Virus record (IMG/VR): IMGVR_UViG_3300045988_054218
Strand: one strand, 5' to 3'
Length of the DNA stretch: 64,000 bases
Origin: a virus
Below the pieces are notes generated by a model. It saw only the letters and a program-made list of their open reading frames with translations, made no database searches and was not told the origin of the DNA. This document shows positions 26,143-37,606 of this stretch, piece by piece (position 1 is the stretch's first letter; every line of letters starts with the position of its first letter). The position numbers and the translations under genes are program-made.

Positions 26143-27702
26143 TTAAAATAAGGATTTTAATATATTTGAGTTTAAACTAGCAGAAATAGTCAATGTATTA
26201 ATTACATCTCTAACCATCTGGCTACGTACATTAGCGGCTTCAATATCGGGTGCCCATTCTGGCTTACCGTCCGCAGCGACAAAGCTATTATCTATTTTAG
26301 AATCAGAGGTAGAGAAACCACGAATCTCAGTTGATAATCCTTTTAAAGTATTCGCGCAAATTCTATTTACAATACTTACAATAGAATAAATCTTGCCATT
26401 ATACATTAAAAATTGCGCTCTATCTAAGCTGCCGATAGGAGAGCCTCCTGACACTAACTACTCTCCAGAGCCGCTAATCCACTCATTGAAAAAAGACGCG
26501 GCAATAGTAGATCGGATAGCATTATAGGCTTGATAAAATCCGCCTTTACGGCCTCCGCCACTTAATCTATGGGCGATAATATTATACGCATATTGCTATC
26601 TATCTGGCGGCTCGTTCTCTAAAAAAGTTCTTAGCGGAGTTCTACTAACAATATGGATATTTTTAGATTTAGCAGATTGCCATTTAATTGAAGCATTAGT
26701 AGCAATCTCAATGGTAGCTGTAGTACCATTCTATAGAGTAACCCCAAGATTAAATAATCCATTAGAGATAATATCTACTTTAGCTGTACGACCGGATTGA
26801 GCACCAACCGCAGTTCCAGATTGCTTAGTAGTAGGAATAGTACCTTTATCCCAAGTTAATTTACCACCAGATGATGCAATCAAAGAATCAAATGCCTAAT
26901 CTGCATTATTTGAAATTTCGAATAGTACATTTTTCATCATTCGCTCTGCTAAAGGTTCACCAATAGCTCTAGAGAAGATATTAGCAATAGTAGAGGCAAA
27001 ACTTTGAGTAGAAACAGAGCCATTGATAGATAGATTTTTAGCCGCAGTACTCAAATATCCTATAACTTGTGAAGCAATTCCAATCGTATTTAATGATACT
27101 AAAGATACCACATCATTATAAGCAGCCTTACCCTCAAATACTTTCTGTAAAGCTGCGAATGCTCTCAATTCACTCTTGTTTGGTGTAGCGTTTACAAGAT
27201 CTAATGCTTGTTTAATGTAGTCAAAAAACTTAGAAGCATCGTCTACCGGACCGTTAAGTAGCATAGAATTATACTAACTTGAAATATTCGTGACAGCTTC
27301 TTCATACGACCCACCATCTATAACGCTGCTGTACTTCTCCATGAGTAGATTGTTCATAGCTGCCGCAATACTATCAAGAGTTTCCTCCATAAGAGGGCCT
27401 TCGCTTAAAGCTTTAATAATCTATACACTAGATCTCGCAGCCGTGGTATCTTGATTCATCTGCGCTATTAAAGCTTGAGCCTGCGCAGCAGATGCGGCTC
27501 CACTGGCTTTCATATCATCAAGAATAAGCTAGGTCTTATATTTATACCAAGCCGCGGCAGGTGCGGCTAGGTGCTATGCTGACTATTGTTTATAGTGGAT
27601 ATAAAAGTGATCGACGTATGCATCAACATCGATCGGCATACTCATGTCACCAAGGTTATGTTTCTTTTGATGCATGGATGCGGATTTTGGTATTCTAGCC
27701 AT
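26143..27702 (-). CDS. Structural-module protein of unknown role (519 aa, TAG-recoded)
   Basis: ATG at 27702 follows GGAGGTAAAGGAGAT. ORF-track pieces 26896-27264 and 26143-26454 are in one frame. TAA at 26143. Confidence 0.7.
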
Positions 27703-27720
27703 ATCTCCTTTACCTCCAGA

Positions 27721-27755
27721 TAAAAAGAAAAAGGGAGGACATTAAGTCCTCCCTT
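27721..27755 (-). terminator. Rho-independent terminator after the major tail gene
   Basis: AAGGGAGGAC-loop-GTCCTCCCTT stem followed by TTTTTCTTTTT on the minus strand. Confidence 0.7.
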
Positions 27756-27869
27756 AAACTCAGATTAAGTCCTCGTCTTCATCTTCTACAAAGCTCAGTC
27801 GCTTAGCAGCAGATTGGGTTCGGACCGGTTCTGTATTTTTTAACTCCGCGTCATGTCCCTCCGGAGTGT

Positions 27870-28811
27870 TTATTCCCCCACTGCTGTGCAGGGCTTTCTG
27901 CTCTCCTCAGATGCAGCGACGTCGTCCATAACAACCTGGATAGCAGCAAGAACTTTCTTGGTAAGATCGAACTTGGTATAGCCAGGGAATGCGTCAACCA
28001 CAAAGCTGAAAGTAGAAGGATCACCGCTAGATGCCATAGAGAAGGTGAAGTTAGACTGAACCTTACCATTAGGAATTACAAATTCCGCAGGCATATCAAG
28101 ACCAGTATTCTCATCACGGAACAGAGTAGAAGCCTCAATATAGAAGTTCTGACCCTTAATCTCTGGGGTGATTTCGATTAGCATTGTGTTAGAAACCTTT
28201 TTGATGTAGTAGTCAACAAGAACAACCTTGCCAACTTCAAGATCCTTATGTCCAGCTGCGCCATCAGCATAGCAGGTAATAGTGGTCTTACCATCGCCAT
28301 AAACAACAGCGGCAGGAACGCAAGGCTCAACATCAACGGTACCAAAATCGCTTAACACCATGCAGAAGATATCAGCATTAGCATGCTTATAATCAGCTGC
28401 GGCACCAGTACCAGGAGTACCAGTAGCAACCCCATTCCAGCAAGCGATTTCTGGAATTACGATAGTGTTCTTAGTGTCTACCTTAACCTGAGAAGTCATG
28501 TGAACATAAACAGGCTTGTTTTCAGTAGCTTTTGCTAGACCAGCACCAGAAAGAATAGCCAAGCTCTCTGGACTAATAAGAGCATCTTCCATATTGAAGG
28601 TGAGAGTACGCTCGCCTTCCCATGCGATCAAACGAATGTTACCACGTCCACCAGTTGCATAGACTGTGGTAGAAGCGCCCTCAAGGCTAGAAGTCTTTAG
28701 AGAGTCGAAATAAATGACAGGCTCATTCTTATAGAAAGTGCGGCCGCCGAGAGTCATCTTAGACTTAGCACGGAATGCTACGTCGCAAATTTCGCGTACG
28801 CCAAATCTCAT
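27870..28811 (-). CDS. Major tail (tube) protein candidate (313 aa, TAG-free, GC-richer)
   Basis: Complete ORF following AAATAAGGAGGAAATATAC. It has its own terminator, composition typical of highly expressed genes, and lies between the connector genes and the chaperone/tape measure genes. Confidence 0.6.
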   Translation of the reverse strand: MRFGVREICDVAFRAKSKMTLGGRTFYKNEPVIYFDSLKTSSLEGASTTVYATGGRGNIRLIAWEGERTLTFNMEDALISPESLAILSGAGLAKATENKPVYVHMTSQVKVDTKNTIVIPEIACWNGVATGTPGTGAAADYKHANADIFCMVLSDFGTVDVEPCVPAAVVYGDGKTTITCYADGAAGHKDLEVGKVVLVDYYIKKVSNTMLIEITPEIKGQNFYIEASTLFRDENTGLDMPAEFVIPNGKVQSNFTFSMASSGDPSTFSFVVDAFPGYTKFDLTKKVLAAIQVVMDDVAASEESRKPCTAVGE

Positions 28812-28825
28812 AGTATATTTCCTCC

Positions 28826-29572
28826 TTATTTATTGGGATGTAATTCTTTCATCCAAGATTCAACTTGTTTATCGGGCTTCCCGCCCGCAAGTCTAACTTT
28901 AAGGTCGGTATCCCATTCAACATAACCCGTATATCTCTCCATTAAATCAAATAATTGAAACATATTTAATGCTCCACATTCACTTAATGAAATAACTTTG
29001 GCTACTGTTAAAATAGAAATATAACGAGTTAGAACGCTTTCATTACTTGCTCCTTTCTATTCAGCAACCTTGCGGCGATTCCGCATGATTTTATCCGCGA
29101 TTTCTTTAGCTCGATCATTGGCAGGATTATAAATAACATTCTCGCCCTAAAACAAACTATTTACGCATAAAACCTAGCGTATTACACTCTAGAAAATAGT
29201 AAAGTTACTATCATCTATCATTACTGTTTTAGCGGTCTCACCAACGATAGTAAGAATAATGCTATTCTTAGTAATCATTGCTGTATACTCAGGAAAAAGT
29301 AACTTAAGCAAAGTAATCAAAGCAATCTTTTTTTCTTTATCCTACGATTGCTCTAATACTTTCATCAATACTTGAAAATTAGTCAAAGACGCTAAAAGAG
29401 TTTCGTCCTATACTAATGACTCTTTCTCTAAACAGATATATTGAACAGCCATAAAAAACTGCTACTCACCCATGTAAGCTATATCTTTAATGGTCGGGAC
29501 ATGGACAGTTAATTGTAATTCAGGAATAGGAATATCAATCCCGGCCATTAAAGCTAGTCTATAATCAGCCAT
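28826..29572 (-). CDS. Head-tail/tail-completion module protein (248 aa, TAG-recoded)
   Basis: Not in the ORF track. ATG at 29572; hand translation MADYRLALMAGIDIPIPELQLTVHVPTIKDIAYMGE-TAG-TAG-FF... runs to TAA at 28826-28828, which overlaps the next SD. Confidence 0.65.
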
Positions 29573-30104
29573 TTACAGGATTTTTCTAGTCCTCATGACC
29601 TCTAACAGCTAGATAGGTCAGAGACACTCCCGCAAATTCTTCGTTATATACATAGGGGGTAGCAGATACAAACTCAAGTTCACCGATGCCGGTTAAGTGA
29701 GTTTTATCAAGCATGGCATCTATCTCTCCCGCGACCCTATAAGGGCGTAGCTCAAAATCGCCTAAATCCCAGTTGTCATAGTGACAAATAATATCAATAC
29801 CAAATGTATTATCTCGATATTCTGGATTCGAAGCGTTTCTAATGACAGTGCCATAAGTCAATCTAATATAGGTTTTTTCTTTACTATCAATCTTAATCTT
29901 TGGGACAGATGAAATCTGGTGACTAGTAAATAGTTCCTTAATCTGTTCTCCGTTTGGTAAAGGTTGAGATTGCCAGTCTCTTGTTTCATAAACTAATAAT
30001 CTCAAGAGATTAGGATTTGATAGAATACGGTCGATAATAATTGCCGCGTCTTTAGGCATACCCAATAAACTAGACTTAGGGTACTCATATGAATTATGTT
30101 TCAT
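29565..30104 (-). CDS. Head-tail joining/tail terminator-like protein (179 aa)
   Basis: ORF-track 29586-30104 continues across TAG at 29586 to TGA at 29565-29567, overlapping the next start codon. Confidence 0.65.
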
Positions 30105-30115
30105 GCGCGATCACC

Positions 30116-31105
30116 TCAATACAATGATTCAACTACAACGACCTTTTCTCTTACATCATTACCCTTTGTCCATTGTAATGTGAATTGACCACTTGTAGTT
30201 TTATTCCAAATCACTGTAGCTGTCTAATTTCCAGTTACCTGTAAACAGGCAGGTACATTTTCAAGTATCTTCCATTCTCCGTCCGCAATATCGACGGAGT
30301 AAGTAGCCGCAATTTTCGGCTTTATAAAAGTCTCACCGATAATCTTGCTATCAGGAGTTGGATTAGTAGGTTCAAAGACCAAACCATCCTTCATCTCTTT
30401 CTCAAGGTCATCAGTGGTATCATTCCAGTAATTCTCTTCCGCATTGACTTCGATAATATTTTTCATACTAATCGAATCTGGAGCCTCAACTCTCCAGCAC
30501 TTCCCCGCAAAGATAAATTCTGAATATCTATCAAAAGCATGAAGTGTTTTTTCATTACGCGGCATAAGAATATTTAAACTTAGATTAGGGATATCGATTC
30601 TCTATTGATTTTTTTGAATAGAGTTGATTTGTGTCTCTACTGGGCCTCGAATGGCTGCATAAGTAGAACACCAATTACCATCCTAATCTTTAAAACGAAT
30701 CTTATATCTACAGCGTCTTATTTCTCCTCTAAAGTAGGCATCTTCAGTAATCTCTTGAGTATAGATCAGCCAATATGTATTTGTTTTCTTCCATTCAAAT
30801 ACATCACCGGGTTCATAACCATGCTCATAATCAATAGAAACGATCTTGTCGTCGTAATCTTGCTTTACCTTATCTGGATTGATAAGAGCGCGAATCTCTC
30901 CATAAACCCCCATGTCCACATCTATACCAGAGGGGTCAATCTCAAGCACTTCTGTGTTTCTCTAAACCATCTCAATCGAAGCGGCTTGATAAGAATATAA
31001 CAAAGCTCTATGCAAAGTGCGTTGTTTATCCTTAATCATGCGGTCTTCCTGATGAATACCGCCTTGCCACTCGAATCTCTTCCGCATTAATTCTAAATTA
31101 ATCAT
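30116..31105 (-). CDS. Virion structural protein (329 aa, TAG-recoded)
   Basis: ATG at 31105. ORF-track pieces 30683-30949 and 30224-30565 are in the same frame. Hand-translated through TAG codons to TGA at 30116-30118. Contains ...AAIRGPVETQINSIQKN... (conserved-looking motif; no family assigned). Confidence 0.7.
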
Positions 31106-31400
31106 TGCGAATCACCTGAGTTAATAGGTCGATACATCTAAATACAGTCTTTCTATAAATCATAAAATCATTACAAGCATCTGAGGTTAAGCCCTCTAAC
31201 TTTGATAATAAAATTAATCCTTCTACTTTATCCTTGTAAATATGCACCAAACCAGAAATTTCTTCTAGCATAGTTTTTAGATGTGTCTCCCAATCTTCTC
31301 CATTTTCACGCATAGGAATTAACTTCCATAGTTGATTGATAAGTCTCTTCATATCTTGGTCGATAGTAGTCATTGGAAAGTTAATATTATACTTATCCAT
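31098..31400 (-). CDS. Small head-tail connector-module protein (100 aa)
   Basis: ATG at 31400 overlaps the upstream stop (ATGGATAA). Lies within ORF-track 31098-31460. TAA stop. Confidence 0.6.
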   Translation of the reverse strand: MDKYNINFPMTTIDQDMKRLINQLWKLIPMRENGEDWETHLKTMLEEISGLVHIYKDKVEGLILLSKLEGLTSDACNDFMIYRKTVFRCIDLLTQVIRND

Positions 31401-31896
31401 CAAAGGTACTCGTTTCTCTAAGAGTAGACCAGTTAGACTTAATAGAGCCGTTATTATCAATCATCTTTCTGCGTTTATAGAGGCGTTGCATATGATGCGC
31501 CTAACGCTCAGCCTCTTTCTTAAGTTCCATTAATTTAGCGAGATGGTTTGCTTGAGAGGTCATTTTGAAATCACTACCAGAGTATTTCATTCTCGTCTGT
31601 TCAACAGACGCCACTTGACGCTGAAGCCAGGTATTATACATTAGTAGCGCAAGAATGTTAATTTCTTCGGAAGTTAAATGGCAATTAAAAGTCTCACCAT
31701 TCACGTCATAATCATAGAGTGGAAAACGCGGAAATTCAAATCCTGGGATGGCATCAAGTAAGATATTTAGCAAATCTTTCTTGGTGTCTTCCTCAGTCCA
31801 CTCCATATACATATCATCGGTAATCTTACCGAAGAAACGATTGTATATATCTTCAAAGGGTGTAGGATCCCCTTGAATTGGATACTTTTCATCCAT
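31393..31896 (-). CDS. Head-tail adaptor/connector-like protein (167 aa)
   Basis: ORF-track 31501-31896 continues across TAG at 31501 to TAA at 31393-31395. Confidence 0.65.
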
Positions 31897-31910
31897 GGGG
31901 ATTACCTCCC

Positions 31911-32456
31911 TTATTCTTTAGCCTCCACGGGCTTTTTAATTGTAGTGGTAGAAGAACGGCGTCCGGTTGCCGCAGGAGTGCTAATAACCTTTTCGGCCTT
32001 CTTCTCGTTCTCGTCAGGTTTCATATTTTCGATAGCTTTGCTCACATCAAAACCAAGCTGGGCTTTAATAGCCTCTCTCTTATCGTAGTCATTTAATGGT
32101 TTGCTAACAGCGTACTGTTTGATAAGATCTTTTGTGCCATTAGGAGCAAAATCAAGAGCATCCTTAAATTCATCAATAGAACAAGATTCCATCCAGCTGG
32201 GAATCTGTTCCTCAGTCAGATAATACTCTGGTTCTACATCCTTATTAAGTAAATGACGAAGAATTTCATCATCATTAATAAAGAGATAATTATAGATAAG
32301 CTCTTTTCCGCCGCCCATCATAGACAGAGAATCTAACTCATCAACCTTGATATGCTTAGTTTCATGAGGAGCGAACTCTCTGCGGACGCCCAATTCGGGG
32401 ATATTATAAATAACAAAGCCTGCGCTCTTGTTAGTGACATTACACTGGTCTTTCAT
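31911..32456 (-). CDS. Hypothetical head-module protein (181 aa)
   Basis: Complete ORF with a TAA stop, directly downstream of the major capsid gene. Confidence 0.7.
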   Translation of the reverse strand: MKDQCNVTNKSAGFVIYNIPELGVRREFAPHETKHIKVDELDSLSMMGGGKELIYNYLFINDDEILRHLLNKDVEPEYYLTEEQIPSWMESCSIDEFKDALDFAPNGTKDLIKQYAVSKPLNDYDKREAIKAQLGFDVSKAIENMKPDENEKKAEKVISTPAATGRRSSTTTIKKPVEAKE

Positions 32457-32527
32457 AATTAAAAACTCCTTTTTCTCAAATAATGAATTAAAGGGGATAG
32501 GGATATATCCCTATCCCCTCGAATAGT

Positions 32528-33556
32528 TTATTGAATTACGTCAAGCTTGCCCTGAAGCTGAGTATCAACGTAAGAGAAGATGTTGTTAGTCATCATAACG
32601 CCAACGCCAACCTTGCGGTAGACCTGGATGTCACGAGACCAGTCATCATTGTCATTACGCTCACGAACGTGAGTGGTACCCTCGAAAGCAACCTTAACAG
32701 GCTTCTCGCCAGCGCCAGAAGGAATAACCCAAGCATAGCCAGGATCGATTACCTTACGGCTGTTGGTTTCATCCTCAAGAGTCTGAGGAAGAATTACAAC
32801 ACGAACACCCTTATAGTTAGCAAGATAACCGGTGTTCCAACGCTCGTTACGAATTTCATCAGAGATCCAGCCCTCAGCAGGAACAATCTTTACTGCGAAC
32901 TCACGAGTGCAGTAAATAGTAGGAGTGCCATAGGCACTTGCGGTAGTAACAAGACGGTCAAGACCAGTCTCATCGAAACCAGCAGCGCTTACACGGTTAG
33001 CAGCGGGAAGCTGATCAACTGCGCCCATAAGAGCCTGAGCGATCTCACGATAAATGAGTTCGTCCATGCCATCCATGATGATCTGAGTGAGTTCAGCGAA
33101 GTTCACACGACCGTCAAGGAACTCTTCGAAGCCAATCTGAGCGGCTCCGCCGATAGCACTGGTACCAACTTCGAAGCTCTCAGAACCGAGCTTGAAGGTC
33201 TCGTATACGCCGGCAAGACCGACACGAGTGATGAACTGCTTAGCGCGAGTCTTACCAGTTCTACGCTTAAAGACGGGGCGATCGCCCTGAGCAAATGTCT
33301 GAATCTCAGCGAACTGACCATAAGCATTGATCAAACGGTTAGGAACGATATCATCCATGGTCTGCTCCATGAGAGAGAATACTAGACGCTTATTCTGCTC
33401 ATAAAGCTCTTCAGTGCCAACAAGAGCATTGAGTTCACTACGAAGAGTCTCGTTCATAGCGTTGTAAGAGAGATTCTCGTTATTATAAGAGAAGTTAGTA
33501 GAAGGAGTAGCATTAGCTACATTCTTCATTAACTGTAGTAAATTAGCCTTATCCAT
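32528..33556 (-). CDS. Major capsid protein (342 aa, TAG-free, GC-richer)
   Basis: Complete ORF following AAAGGAGGGTTAAAATA. Its size and its position after the scaffold and decoration genes fit an HK97-type capsid protein. Its composition is strong enough to create a 284-aa antisense shadow ORF. Confidence 0.75.
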   Translation of the reverse strand: MDKANLLQLMKNVANATPSTNFSYNNENLSYNAMNETLRSELNALVGTEELYEQNKRLVFSLMEQTMDDIVPNRLINAYGQFAEIQTFAQGDRPVFKRRTGKTRAKQFITRVGLAGVYETFKLGSESFEVGTSAIGGAAQIGFEEFLDGRVNFAELTQIIMDGMDELIYREIAQALMGAVDQLPAANRVSAAGFDETGLDRLVTTASAYGTPTIYCTREFAVKIVPAEGWISDEIRNERWNTGYLANYKGVRVVILPQTLEDETNSRKVIDPGYAWVIPSGAGEKPVKVAFEGTTHVRERNDNDDWSRDIQVYRKVGVGVMMTNNIFSYVDTQLQGKLDVIQ

Positions 33557-33574
33557 TATTTTAACCCTCCTTTA

Positions 33575-34255
33575 TCAACCAATGCGCTGAACTTTAACGC
33601 CAGGCTGTAAGTCAGGCATGGTGTAAACCTTTACAACCACGAACTTAGGATCTTCGTCTCCGCCTGTTGCGGTTTTACCTTCATCCTTAGTCAGATAACC
33701 GTCAGCACCAATTTTAAGCTGATCACCAACACTTAAAGAGCCAGCTTCAGCCTTAATTGTATTAGTAGTCCAAATATCACCATTAGGAACAGCGATAACA
33801 CGAGGAACCATCTTAGTGCCATCTGGCATTAACTGAGGATAGTTAAAAGTCTCAACTTCCTTCTTGAAAGCAGCGTTGCTACCCTCACGGACAGCCTCAC
33901 CAGTATAATCAAGAACGGTCTTAAGATCGGACTTAGTCTGACCGATTGGGCTATAGACACGAGCATTGTAGCGGTCCTTAATCATAGCGAAATCAGCATC
34001 AGTCTCGCGATCCTCATAAATCTTTACTTCATTGAAAACCATGCGCCATGGACCTGCACCATCAAAGTCGCAGACACCCTTGGCATAATCGTATTTTACG
34101 AACTGGCCATTCTCAAGTAGCTCAATGCTTGCCGCTGCGGGAAGCTGAGCGTACACCTGGCCATTGCGCTTAGCGGACATATGGTTAGGTTCAACCTGGC
34201 CATATCCGTAAGTTACAAAAGTAGCGTTACCTAAACGCTTTGCACTCTTAGCCAT
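33575..34255 (-). CDS. Head decoration/auxiliary capsid protein (226 aa, TAG-free)
   Basis: Complete ORF between the scaffold and major capsid genes, the position of gpD in lambda. Confidence 0.55.
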   Translation of the reverse strand: MAKSAKRLGNATFVTYGYGQVEPNHMSAKRNGQVYAQLPAAASIELLENGQFVKYDYAKGVCDFDGAGPWRMVFNEVKIYEDRETDADFAMIKDRYNARVYSPIGQTKSDLKTVLDYTGEAVREGSNAAFKKEVETFNYPQLMPDGTKMVPRVIAVPNGDIWTTNTIKAEAGSLSVGDQLKIGADGYLTKDEGKTATGGDEDPKFVVVKVYTMPDLQPGVKVQRIG

Positions 34256-34270
34256 ATTATTTAATCCTCC

Positions 34271-35551
34271 TTATAGCTTTTTCGCGGTTTCGCGAACTGC
34301 CTTAATCCACTCTGGGACATTATCATCAGCGGGATTTTCAAGATTAAACAATCCCTTGGGCTGGTTATCGTCCTGTTCATTGTTGTTATTAAGGTTAAAG
34401 TTGACCTTGTTGCGAACGCAGAGAATAGACAGCTTCGCTTCAATGTCATCTAAAGAATAAGTATCAATATGCTCAACGACATCCTTCTTGTCGTCGTCGC
34501 TCAGCATATAGAAACCATCAATCATGCTCTGCTTTTCCTTGCGGTCCGCAGTCAGCTTGAACTCTCTGAGAGAAGTTACCTCTGTCTCAAGGTTGCTCTT
34601 CTCCTGCTTAAGAGTCTCAAATTCGCCCTGAAGAGTCTCATACTTACCAAGTAACTCAGTATACTCAGTTACTTCATCAAGATTGTACTTCTTCTTAGGC
34701 TCTTCCTTGTTATTATCGGCAGGTTTGTTGTCGCCGTCCTTTGGCTTATTATCTTCTGGAGCAGGATTGCCTTTTGGATTCTTCTTATTCTCGTCCTCAG
34801 GCTGCTTCTTTGCTTCGAAGTTAGGATCCTCGGGGTTGCCGAGAGTCTTTTTATTCTCGTCCATAGTCTCGTGAGAGCCTCCTTTATTCAAAGTTTTCTG
34901 TAATTCAGTTAGCATAGAGAACATCGTAGTTCTAAGTTCTTCCACGTTCTCTAGGGAGAATTCAGTCTTGAATTGTGCGCCCTCAAAACATGGCTCAACT
35001 GATTCTCCGAGAATACAAAGTTTTTCAATCAATGCTTCATTGTAAATGAAAAATCTACTACCCGAATTATTATCTTTTGCCCAAAAACCTTTTTGAGTTT
35101 CTTTGTTCAGTTCCATAGACTGATTGTTGCCATGCTCGAATAGTCGCTGAGATTCAGGGTAAGCGCTCGTCCAGATGTAACATTCAGTTACAAGATACTC
35201 ACGCTCAACGCCTTCGTCATCAAACTTCTGGAACCAAACTTTTGCGTCCGTGGGGACGAAACCGTATGGTTTAGTGGTGTCAAGAACCTCGATATTTCCG
35301 CCACCCCGCAGAGAAATCTCTTTGTTGTGTCCTTCAAAATCGTTTGTTGCTTGATTAAAATAGCCAACAACAGGAGAACCTGGTAATTTTCTGCCCATCT
35401 CTGTTGCAACTTTCTTAGTGATAACAGTTCCATTTCTGTTGGGATTTTGTCCTACATAGCAGACTTTCACCTAACACTTACTGATTAAAGGAGATATTTC
35501 AGTCGCATTGATGAATTCCAATGTGTTAGCAATAGGAATACTAATATGCAA
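34271..35551 (-). CDS. Scaffolding protein with an N-terminal globular domain (426 aa, one TAG at codon 27)
   Basis: TTG at 35551 follows AAGGAGGGATAGAAC and joins across TAG at 35471-35473 to ORF-track 34271-35470. The central region is a charged, low-complexity coiled coil (KPKDGDNKPADNNKEEPKK..LQGEFETLKQEKSNLETEV). Confidence 0.7.
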
Positions 35552-35564
35552 GTTCTATCCCTCC

Positions 35565-37169
35565 TTATGACATGCTTTCACGGTTAGCAATCGTCTTATC
35601 ACTCTTTGTTTCATCAGATTTCTCTGGGCGACCAGACTATTTCTGTTCCGTTACTTTAGTTGTGCTTGAACTTGTCTACTTATTCTAAGAGTTATTCTAA
35701 TCATTCTAATCTTTTTTGACCAAGCTTCCACTCATTGTACTACTCATCATGGGCGGAATCATAATCTCAGATAGATGTAGAACTTCATTTTCAAATGTTA
35801 AAGTAGCTAAAATACTAGATTGAGAATGACCAAGAGCAATTTGCGGCAACATCTTAGGATAGCCCATTTGCGCGTGTTCTTTATACAACTTAGCCAATTC
35901 CTTGTAATTAAATTGCGTTGTCTCTAGCATTGATACTCTAAACTCGTAGTGACCTTTGCGATTAAACTTTTCTACTATCTTATTCAGCAAATTAGCAAAC
36001 TGTAAAGGCAGTTCTCTAATACTGGCTTCATCTGTTAAGATAGCATTAGTTACAGCTAAGTTGCCGTCCGCATTGAATAAGTTACGAGAAATACCAGCAT
36101 TATTAAATACTGTACGCTCAACTTTTTCAAGGTCATCTGTCGTAGTATTGGAATTACTATCCTTGGTATCAATCTTCTCAATATCAGCAAAAGTAGTAAG
36201 CACATCCACGCCAACCGCGCGCTTAAGCATCGCAACCGCATTGTTATGGATATCTCTTGCTTCATCTACATCGAAGATTAAGTCACCATTCTTATCAAGT
36301 GGTAACTTCTGAATAATAATTTTTAATAGCTATTGCATTGTCTTCTATCTATCTAACTCTTGAGCTTGGTCAAGATCGATAATGGAAGGAATAACTCCAA
36401 CAAGAGGTGGAAAACAACTATCGTTTAATCCCAACTTCACCGAAACCGCGGGATCGAGAGGATACCAGCAGCTTAAATCTCCTGGATAATCCCCCTTAAG
36501 CTTGCCTTGTTTATATAAGACATAGCCTTGCTAAACATCCTTGGGGAATGTTTTTAGAATTGCCATTCTCTATTGAATATTAGAAAAATAGGCATCAAAG
36601 AACTAAAGATTTAGTTCTACGATTGGATCAACTCCAGAGTAGTAGCGATTACGACAATATGAAGCGGGAAGTTTTTGGATACCAAATCGATCTCCGAAAT
36701 CCACGAAGATACCATAGTAGACACCATCTTTCATAATATCGAGAGCAATATTTCCGCATAGTCGCTTAACGTCAGATCTATCAAGGTACAGTAGTACCTT
36801 TGAGAAGTCACCAAGAATCTTATTTTCTTTTTCCTTAGATACATCTGTAAAGTAAGGAGTTACATACCAGTCATATCTATAAAGAGTAGCTAAGTATTTA
36901 CATAATCTGTAATAAATACCGCTAGACTCAAAGAAATATTCAGAAATCTCTCTTAGTGTCTTGTAATCATGTCGGTAAATAGCATTGAGAACAAAGCCCT
37001 TATCGCCGTAGTTTGGGTTGACCTTCTTGTAAGTGCCAAGATTTACGAGTGCATTATCCACGGTACGAATGCCCACCCGCATTTTAGCATAATCACGTGG
37101 AGCCATATCTTCTTCGCCCATTAGATTAAAGCCTTTATCTCGTATGTCTTGTTGTCTGCGCTTAAGCAA
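35565..37169 (-). CDS. Portal protein (534 aa, TAG-recoded)
   Basis: TTG at 37169 follows AAGGAGGTGACAAACC. ORF-track pieces 36603-37169 and 35706-36230 are in one frame. The C-terminal tail was hand-translated across 5 TAG codons to TAA at 35565-35567. Lies between the terminase and scaffold genes. Confidence 0.75.
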
Positions 37170-37183
37170 GGTTTGTCACCTCC

Positions 37184-37540
37184 TTAATACCCGGCCTTCT
37201 GCATTATATAGTCATACGTTAATATATTTTCATCCGTATATGGAATCTCTATTAAAGTAAGACCTTTCAATGCGCAGAATCTCCTCTTTTGATTATCATT
37301 ATATTTCTATTGATACAATCCTCTATTGCCGCCAAATTTACTGACTGCTTGATAATGCTATTTTCCTTGATACTCAATCAAGAAATCTAGATTGCCATCG
37401 TCATCAAAAACGGCAAAGTCAAAACGTAGAGGACGTCCACTAGGGGCTTTCAATCCCGCGAATTCATACTCTTCTTTAAAGTTAATATCATTCGCTTCTA
37501 GGATCTCATGTATCTTAATTTCTCCTCTTGATGCTCGCAT
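37184..37540 (-). CDS. Small restriction-endonuclease-fold (Vsr/DUF559-like) nuclease candidate (118 aa)
   Basis: ORF-track 37358-37540 continues across two TAG codons to TAA at 37184-37186. Contains ...RFDFAVFDDDGNLDFLIEYQGK-TAG-HY..., which resembles a D...E.K nuclease core. Confidence 0.5.
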
Positions 37541-37606
37541 AGATTAAATCACATCCTCTATCTATTATTAAAAAATCTAATAGGGCTATTATTTAACTAT
37601 GCCCAC

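Noticed and set aside
32531-33385. 284-aa + strand ORF opposite the major capsid gene.
   Set aside because: It is an antisense shadow ORF produced by the GC-richer, codon-biased capsid gene. It has no SD or promoter and a low-complexity translation.
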